Notes under the pieces: model-generated
Database searches by the model: none
The model's input: only the letters and a program-made list of their open reading frames with translations
What the model was told of the DNA's origin: nothing
Source of the DNA: an uncultured Chloroflexia bacterium
Lineage (GTDB): Bacteria; Chloroflexota; Limnocylindria; Limnocylindrales; CSP1-4
Assembly: GCA_963707215.1 (NCBI GenBank)
Contig: CAVPPB010000003.1
Location: 1,632,001-1,696,000, forward strand
DNA: 64,000 bases
Direction: 5' to 3'
Translations under genes and position numbers: made by a program
In this document: positions 57,943 to 64,000 of the stretch, piece by piece
Position numbering within the stretch: the stretch's first letter is position 1
How the letters are laid out: the number at the start of each line of letters is the position of its first letter

Positions 57943-60704
57943 ACCTCGAACAATTCACCCAGAAGGCCCAGGAGGCCGTCGTCGCCGCCCAGTCGCTCGC
58001 CGAGAGCCTCCAGAGCCCCGTGCTCGACGCCGAGCACCTGCTCGCCGCCCTCGTCGAGCCCGACGACGGCATCCCGGCGGAGACGCTCCGCCGCGTCGGC
58101 GTCGACCTGCCGGCCTTCCGGGGCGAGCTGGCCGCGGCACTGTCGCGACGTGCCCGGATCGCCGGGGGATCGCTGACCCTCGACGCGCGGGCCAAGCGGG
58201 CCGTCGAACGCGCCGAGGAGGAGGCCCGGCGACTCGGCGACGAGTACGTCTCCACCGAGCACCTGCTCCTCGGCGTGGCCGAGGCGGGCGGCGAGGGCCA
58301 GGCCCTCCTCGACCGCAACGGCGCGAACCGCGAGGCGATCCTCTCCGCCCTGACCTCGGTCCGCGGCGGCCAGCGGGTCACCAGCCCCAACCCGGAAACG
58401 ACCTACCAGGCCCTCGAGAAGTACGGGCGGGATCTCACCGCCGACGCCCGGGCGGGCAAGCTCGACCCGGTCATCGGTCGCGACGAGGAGATCCGCCGGG
58501 TCATCCAGGTCCTCTCGCGGCGGACCAAGAACAACCCGGTCCTCATCGGCGAGCCGGGCGTCGGCAAGACGGCCATCGTCGAGGGCCTGGCCCAGCGGAT
58601 CGTCCGCGGCGACGTGCCCGAGACGCTCAAGGACAAGCGGGTCGTCGCCCTCGACCTGGGCGCGCTCATCGCGGGGGCGAAGTTCCGGGGCGAGTTCGAG
58701 GAGCGCCTCAAGGCGGTCCTCAAGGAGATCCGCGACAGCGAGGGCCGGGTCGTCCTCTTCATCGACGAGCTCCACACGGTGGTCGGCGCCGGGGCCGCGG
58801 AGGGCGCGATGGACGCCTCCAACCTGCTCAAGCCGATGCTGGCCCGCGGCGAGCTCCACACGATCGGCGCGACGACGCTCGACGAGTACCGCAAGCACGT
58901 CGAGAAGGACGCCGCCCTGGAGCGGCGCTTCCAGCCGGTCGTGGTGGACCAGCCCTCGGTCGAGGACACGATCTCGATCCTCCGCGGCCTCCGGGAGCGG
59001 TACGAGGTCCACCACGGCGTCCGCGTCACCGACTCCGCACTGGTCGCCGCGGCGACCCTCTCCGACCGCTACATCACCGAGCGGTTCCTGCCGGACAAGG
59101 CCATCGACCTGGTCGACGAGGCGGCAAGCCGGCTGCGGATGGAGATCGACTCGATGCCCGTCGAGCTCGACGAGCTCGAGCGACGGCGGATCCAGCTCGA
59201 GATCGAGCGCGAGGCGCTGCGCAAGGAGAGCGACGAGGCTTCGAAGACCCGCCTGGAGGCCCTCGAGCGGGAGCTCGCCGAGATCGCCGAGCGGGCCGGC
59301 GCGATGAAGCAGCGCTGGCAGCTCGAGAAGGACGCCATCGCCGCGATCCGGACGACCAAGGAGGAACTCGAGGCGCTCCAGGTCCGCATCGACCAGGCCG
59401 AGCGCGAGACCGACTTCGGCACGGCCGCCCAGCTCAAGTACGGGACCCTGCCGGAGCTGCAGCAGCGGCTCCAGGCATCCGAGGCCGCCCTGGCCACCCT
59501 GCAGGGCTCCGGCCAGCTCCTCAAGGAGGAAGTCGACGCTGACGACGTGGCCGAGATCGTCTCGGCCTGGACCGGCATCCCGGTCACCAAGCTCCTGGAG
59601 GGCGAGACGGCGAAGCTGGTCCAGATGGAGGACCGCCTCCACCGGCGGGTCATCGGCCAGGACGAGGCGGTGACGGCGGTCTCCGACGCCGTCCGCCGGG
59701 CTCGAGCCGGCCTCAAGGACCCGAAGCGGCCGATCGGCTCGTTCCTCTTCCTTGGTCCCACGGGCGTCGGCAAGACCGAGCTCGCCCGGGCCCTGGCCGA
59801 GTTCCTCTTCGACGACGACGCCGCCATGGTCCGGATCGACATGAGCGAGTACATGGAGAAGTTCTCCGTGTCGCGGCTGGTCGGCGCCCCACCCGGCTAC
59901 GTCGGCTATGAGGAGGGCGGCCAGCTGACCGAGGCCGTCCGGCGACGGCCCTACCAGGTCGTGCTCCTCGACGAGATCGAGAAGGCCCACGCGGATGTCT
60001 TCAACGTCCTCCTCCAGGTCCTCGACGACGGTCGGCTGACCGACGGCCAGGGTCGGACGGTGGACTTCCGGAACACCGTCCTCGTCATGACGAGCAACGT
60101 CGGCTCGCAGTTCATCGCCGGCTTCGCGGCCCGCGGCGACGCCGAGGAGGACGCCACGGCCTACGAGGCGATGAAGGAGCAGATCACCCAGTCGCTCCGG
60201 CTCCAGTTCCGGCCCGAGTTCCTCAACCGGATCGACGAGGTCATCGTCTTCCACAGCCTGAGCGACGCTGACCTTGCGGCCATCGTCGACCTGCGCCTGG
60301 CCGACCTCCAGCGGCGGATCGCCGACCAGGAACTGACCCTGGAGCTGACGCCGCAGGCACGAGCCCTCATCGCCCGGGAGGGCCATGACCCGGCCTATGG
60401 TGCGCGGCCGATCAAGCGGTCCATCCAGCGGCTGGTCGAGAACCCGTTCGCCCGGGCCCTGATCAGCGGCGGATTCAAGCCGGGCGACCACGTCGTCGCG
60501 GACGGCGACGCGATCGGTGGGTCCCTGGTCTTCCGGACCGAGAGCTCGACGGTCGTGGCGGAGGCGGGCGTCCGCCGTGATGCCCGCTCTCGGAGCGGGG
60601 AGCCGGCGACGACCGGCGCCCGCTCGGGTCGGCGCGGCGATGCCCTGGAGCCACCCGCGGGCGACGACGGCGGCGACGACGGAGGCGGCGCGCTGCTGAA
60701 CTGA
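57939..60704 (+). CDS. clpB: ClpB disaggregase
   Basis: Two AAA+ modules ([16 protein letters not shown]) and coiled-coil middle domain. Confidence 0.97.
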   Translation: MNLEQFTQKAQEAVVAAQSLAESLQSPVLDAEHLLAALVEPDDGIPAETLRRVGVDLPAFRGELAAALSRRARIAGGSLTLDARAKRAVERAEEEARRLGDEYVSTEHLLLGVAEAGGEGQALLDRNGANREAILSALTSVRGGQRVTSPNPETTYQALEKYGRDLTADARAGKLDPVIGRDEEIRRVIQVLSRRTKNNPVLIGEPGVGKTAIVEGLAQRIVRGDVPETLKDKRVVALDLGALIAGAKFRGEFEERLKAVLKEIRDSEGRVVLFIDELHTVVGAGAAEGAMDASNLLKPMLARGELHTIGATTLDEYRKHVEKDAALERRFQPVVVDQPSVEDTISILRGLRERYEVHHGVRVTDSALVAAATLSDRYITERFLPDKAIDLVDEAASRLRMEIDSMPVELDELERRRIQLEIEREALRKESDEASKTRLEALERELAEIAERAGAMKQRWQLEKDAIAAIRTTKEELEALQVRIDQAERETDFGTAAQLKYGTLPELQQRLQASEAALATLQGSGQLLKEEVDADDVAEIVSAWTGIPVTKLLEGETAKLVQMEDRLHRRVIGQDEAVTAVSDAVRRARAGLKDPKRPIGSFLFLGPTGVGKTELARALAEFLFDDDAAMVRIDMSEYMEKFSVSRLVGAPPGYVGYEEGGQLTEAVRRRPYQVVLLDEIEKAHADVFNVLLQVLDDGRLTDGQGRTVDFRNTVLVMTSNVGSQFIAGFAARGDAEEDATAYEAMKEQITQSLRLQFRPEFLNRIDEVIVFHSLSDADLAAIVDLRLADLQRRIADQELTLELTPQARALIAREGHDPAYGARPIKRSIQRLVENPFARALISGGFKPGDHVVADGDAIGGSLVFRTESSTVVAEAGVRRDARSRSGEPATTGARSGRRGDALEPPAGDDGGDDGGGALLN

Positions 60705-60727
60705 CCCGGAGGGCGTAGCCTCTGGGC

Positions 60728-61417
60728 ATGGACTACGCCGAGGCCGTCGACCGCCTGGCGCGACCGTTCCCGGAGCGCTGGCCGCAGCCGCCGGCAGCGC
60801 TCACGCCGATCCTGACCTCGACCGGCGGGCGACGGCCGGAGGAGCCCGAGGGCTCGGCCGTCCCGCGGGCGGCCGCGGTCCTCGTCCTCGTGATCCCGGG
60901 GCCCCACGGCGACGCCCGGGTGGTCCTGACCGAGCGTGCCCATCTCGGCGGCCACCACAGCGGCGAGGTCTCGCTGCCCGGCGGTGCCATGGAGCCCGAC
61001 GATGCCGACGACATCGCGGCCGCGTTCCGCGAGGCGAGCGAGGAGATCGGCCTCGACGCGCGAGCCGCCGGCGTCCGGTTCGTCGGCCGCCTGGAACCGT
61101 TCGTCATCCCGGTCAGCGGCTTCACGGTCACACCGGTCGTCGCGGTCGCCCGCCACCGGTGGCACTGGCACGCCCGCCCCGAGGAGGTCCGAAGGATCGT
61201 CGAGGCACCGCTCGCCGCCTTTCTGCCGGATGCCCCGATCGTGCTCGTCCACGACGAGATCCAGGGCATGCCGCTCCGCTATGGTGCCTACCCGGTCGAG
61301 GACCTCGTGGTCTGGGGTGCGACGGCGCGGATCCTGTCACAGCTGGGGGCGATCCTCGCGGGCCAGGCAGGCCCGGACGTCGAGGATCAGCGGGGCTCGC
61401 CCTCGGCAGGGTCGTAG
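60728..61417 (+). CDS. Nudix hydrolase, CoA pyrophosphatase-like
   Basis: LTER..HSGEVSLPGG..REASEEIG, VWGATA. Confidence 0.9.
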   Translation: MDYAEAVDRLARPFPERWPQPPAALTPILTSTGGRRPEEPEGSAVPRAAAVLVLVIPGPHGDARVVLTERAHLGGHHSGEVSLPGGAMEPDDADDIAAAFREASEEIGLDARAAGVRFVGRLEPFVIPVSGFTVTPVVAVARHRWHWHARPEEVRRIVEAPLAAFLPDAPIVLVHDEIQGMPLRYGAYPVEDLVVWGATARILSQLGAILAGQAGPDVEDQRGSPSAGS

Positions 61418-61860
61418 GTCGGGACCGGCCGGTCGTCCTCGCGGAGCGAGCCCTCGCCCCGCTCGATCGGACCGCCGGTGGCGGCCGACACCGGGAGGGC
61501 CCCGGCCTCGAGGTAGCCGACAGCCGGCGGCCCGATCGGCAGCTCGACCACGATGGCCCGCATCTCGGAGACGTCCGTCCAGGCCGAGTGGTCGATGCCT
61601 GGTGGCCACAGGACGGCCTCTCCGGCGGCGACCCTCGCCCGTTCCTCGCCGACGCTCACCCAGCCACCGCCCTCGATGACGACGAACCAGGTCAGGTTCG
61701 GGTTCGAATGGGGCTCGATGCGCGCTGCCCGGCGGAAGGCCAGCTCGGCGACGACCCCCTCGTTCCCGGCGTGGATCGGCTGACCGGCGACCCCGCTCGA
61801 ACCCTCCGGTCCGTGCGGCCGTCGATGGCCGACCCCGAAGCGGCGGATCTCGATCGGCAT
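61387..61860 (-). CDS. Cupin domain protein
   Basis: PHSNP..FVVIEGGG..GEAVLWPPGIDHSA. Confidence 0.85.
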   Translation of the reverse strand: MPIEIRRFGVGHRRPHGPEGSSGVAGQPIHAGNEGVVAELAFRRAARIEPHSNPNLTWFVVIEGGGWVSVGEERARVAAGEAVLWPPGIDHSAWTDVSEMRAIVVELPIGPPAVGYLEAGALPVSAATGGPIERGEGSLREDDRPVPTYDPAEGEPR

Positions 61861-61894
61861 GGCGGCCTCCCTGGACCGCTCCCGGTCCTGGGCC

Positions 61895-62329
61895 CTAGCG
61901 CCGGCGGCGCCGGCGGCGGGCCGTCTTGGGCCGGATGGTCGTCTCCGGGTGGCTGAAGCGCTCCCGGCTGAAGTACCGCTGGCGGGCCAGCCGCTGCTCG
62001 TAGCCCGCGATGATGGGCGGGAAGCGAACGAAGCGGATCCAGACCATCACGCCAAGGCCGACGATCTCGAGGGTCAGCGGGATGATGAAGTCGAAGACGA
62101 AGAGCGCGCTGACGATGAGGCCGCCGTAGACGGCGACGCCGCTCCAGAGCAGCCACTCGTAGAGGGCCAGGTACGGCGGATGGTGGCGGAGCTGTCGGGT
62201 CCGCACGAGATACAGGGCGAGCACGCCGACGAGGAGGACGGACGCGGCGACGACCGTGGGGAGGAAGGTGTCCTCGAAGTTCGCCGAGTTGAACGAGAGG
62301 AAGAGGTACTCCCAGGGTGGCAGTTCCAT
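61895..62329 (-). CDS. Hypothetical membrane protein with basic C-terminus
   Basis: 3 TM segments, Arg-rich tail. Confidence 0.75.
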   Translation of the reverse strand: MELPPWEYLFLSFNSANFEDTFLPTVVAASVLLVGVLALYLVRTRQLRHHPPYLALYEWLLWSGVAVYGGLIVSALFVFDFIIPLTLEIVGLGVMVWIRFVRFPPIIAGYEQRLARQRYFSRERFSHPETTIRPKTARRRRRRR

Positions 62330-62531
62330 GTCGAGGCGGGTCCTCGTCGCTTCGGGGATGACAGCCGGCGGGTCGCCGGGACGCGGTCCGAGCCGGGACC
62401 GCAGCGGGCGACGCTCGCCGAGTATGCCACGAGCCGGCGCTATACTCGGGCGCCGGACGCGCGACCCCGAGCCATCCGTGCGCCGTCGTACGGCTCGACC
62501 CCGACCGGCGACCCAGGAGGTGATGGAACCC

Positions 62532-64000
62532 TTGCGAGCGTTGCTCTCCGTCGCTGATCGGACCGGGCTCGTCCGGTTCGCCCGCGAGCTCCTCGACCTG
62601 GGAGTCGAGATCTACGCGACCGACGGGACCCGCGACCATCTCGCCGCTGACGGCATCGAGGTCGGGAGCGTCGCCGAGCTGACGAACGTCCCGTCGCTCG
62701 CCGGGGGCCAGGTCAAGACCTTCCATCCGGCCGTCTACGCGGGGATCCTGGCCCGTCGCGACCGCGCCGAGCAGATGGCCGAGCTGGCCGCCAACGACCT
62801 CGCCCCCATCGACCTGGTCGTGGTCAACGTCACCCCGTTCGCCCCGGAGGTGGGCCGGGCGCTCATGGGTCTCGATGAAGCGATCGAGATGATCGACGTG
62901 GGAGGCGCGGCCCTGCTGGGGGCGGCCGCCCGCAACGCCGCAGGCGTGACCGCGGTGGCCGACCCGGGCAACTACGAACTCGTCATCACCGAGCTCCGCG
63001 AGTTCGGCGGGACCACCCCCGAGACGCGCGCCCGGCTCGCAGCCGAGGCCTTCGGCATGGTCGCCGCCTACCACGCCGAGATCGCCGCCTACCTGAACCA
63101 GATCGCCGGCAACCGCTATCCCCACCGATTGGCGATGGTCCTCACGAAGGTCGACGACCTGCGCTCGGGCGAGAACCCTCATCAGGAGGCCGCCTTCTAC
63201 CGCGAGACGACCCACCGCAGCGGCACGATCGCCGACGCGACCCGCGTCCAGGGGCCGCCACCGACCTTCAACGACCTGCTCGACTTCGACGCCGCGTACC
63301 GGATGGCTCGTGACTTCACGTCGCCGACGGTCGCCCTCGTCCGGCACACGGATCCGGTGGGTCTGGCATCGGCCGACTCCCTGACGGAGGCCTACGCGAA
63401 GGCCCTCGAGACCGATCCGGTCGCCGCCTTCGGCGGGATCGTCGGGGTCAACCGGGAGCTCAACGAGGGCACCGCCCGCGAGATCATGGCCAACTCGTAC
63501 GAGGGCGTGATCGCCCCGGGCTACTCCGAGGTGGCCCTGCGGATCCTTGGCGAGCGGCCGACCCTCGAGCTCCTGGCCGTGCCGCCGGACCCGGTCGACG
63601 GGATGCGCGACTACGGGATCGCGAGTCTCGATTTCAAGCGGGTCGGTGGCGGCCTGCTGGTCGAGGACCTCGACGCCCTGGCCCTCGACAAGGGCCACCT
63701 CCAGGTCGTCACGAAGCGCCGGCCGACGCTCGAGGAGCTGACCGACCTGCTGTTCGCCTGGCGGACGGTCCGGCACGTGCGGTCCAACGCCATCGTCCTC
63801 GCCCGTGACGGCGCGACCGTCGGGATCGGGGCGGCCCAGACGAGCCGCGGCACGGCCGTCGAGATCGCCCTCCGCAAGTCCGGCGAGCGAGCCCGCCTGG
63901 CGGTCATGGCCAGCGACGCCTACTTCCCCTTCCCTGATGTCATCTCGATGGCGGCGATGTCAGGGGTGACCGCCATCATCCAGCCGGGCGGTTCGATCCG
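62532..64000 (+). CDS. purH: PurH (AICAR transformylase/IMP cyclohydrolase) homologue, divergent, partial at window end
   Basis: Manual translation: RALLSV, VKTFHP, GENPHQ, AFGGIV, SNAIV, SDAYFPF, IIQPGGS; AGGAGG RBS; start TTG 62532 or ATG 62523. Confidence 0.85.
   Translation, partial: MRALLSVADRTGLVRFARELLDLGVEIYATDGTRDHLAADGIEVGSVAELTNVPSLAGGQVKTFHPAVYAGILARRDRAEQMAELAANDLAPIDLVVVNVTPFAPEVGRALMGLDEAIEMIDVGGAALLGAAARNAAGVTAVADPGNYELVITELREFGGTTPETRARLAAEAFGMVAAYHAEIAAYLNQIAGNRYPHRLAMVLTKVDDLRSGENPHQEAAFYRETTHRSGTIADATRVQGPPPTFNDLLDFDAAYRMARDFTSPTVALVRHTDPVGLASADSLTEAYAKALETDPVAAFGGIVGVNRELNEGTAREIMANSYEGVIAPGYSEVALRILGERPTLELLAVPPDPVDGMRDYGIASLDFKRVGGGLLVEDLDALALDKGHLQVVTKRRPTLEELTDLLFAWRTVRHVRSNAIVLARDGATVGIGAAQTSRGTAVEIALRKSGERARLAVMASDAYFPFPDVISMAAMSGVTAIIQPGGSI

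Noticed and set aside
57780-60491. Long antisense or alternative-frame ORFs (also 3939-6560, 10410-12455, 28724-32035, 37351-39375, 54409-56382, 61692-63776, 24-1019)
   Set aside because: Shadow ORFs expected at high GC; they overlap well-supported genes and lack motifs.

Overview
Very GC-rich bacterial chromosomal segment. Gene style suggests Chloroflexota (inference only). Most of the window is housekeeping: ccdA/redoxin, PIG-L deacetylase, tRNA-Asp, threonine aldolase/DUF885/HisA-like/two cyclophilins, serpin, GGDEF-HD-GYP, holB, a livKHMGF-type ABC transporter, hpt, csoR, rsmG, a KimA-like/USP/TrkA-TrkA cluster, an hsp20-hspR-lon-dnaJ-clpB operon and a divergent purH. An accessory, partly decayed zone spans about 13-24 kb around tRNA-Arg(CCG). 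The most notable signal is a 4.25-kb island integrated in the tRNA-Arg 3' end. Its reconstructed attP is a 50-bp imperfect palindrome centred on CC, as expected for a large serine recombinase, and it lies inside the recombinase reading frame. Excision would swap the recombinase C-terminus and couple it (GTGA overlap) to a small HTH gene at the far end of the island. Other notable items are an unannotated ~180-nt promoter/terminator-bounded structured RNA candidate, a PurH homologue with many substituted catalytic-motif residues, a NYN nuclease with an RNase E-like disordered tail and 105-bp tandem repeats, a HAIR-like operator variant, DnaA boxes at the rsmG promoter, a repeated ECF-type promoter motif and many apparently leaderless genes. 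All calls were made by eye from the sequence and the ORF track; no database searches were run.
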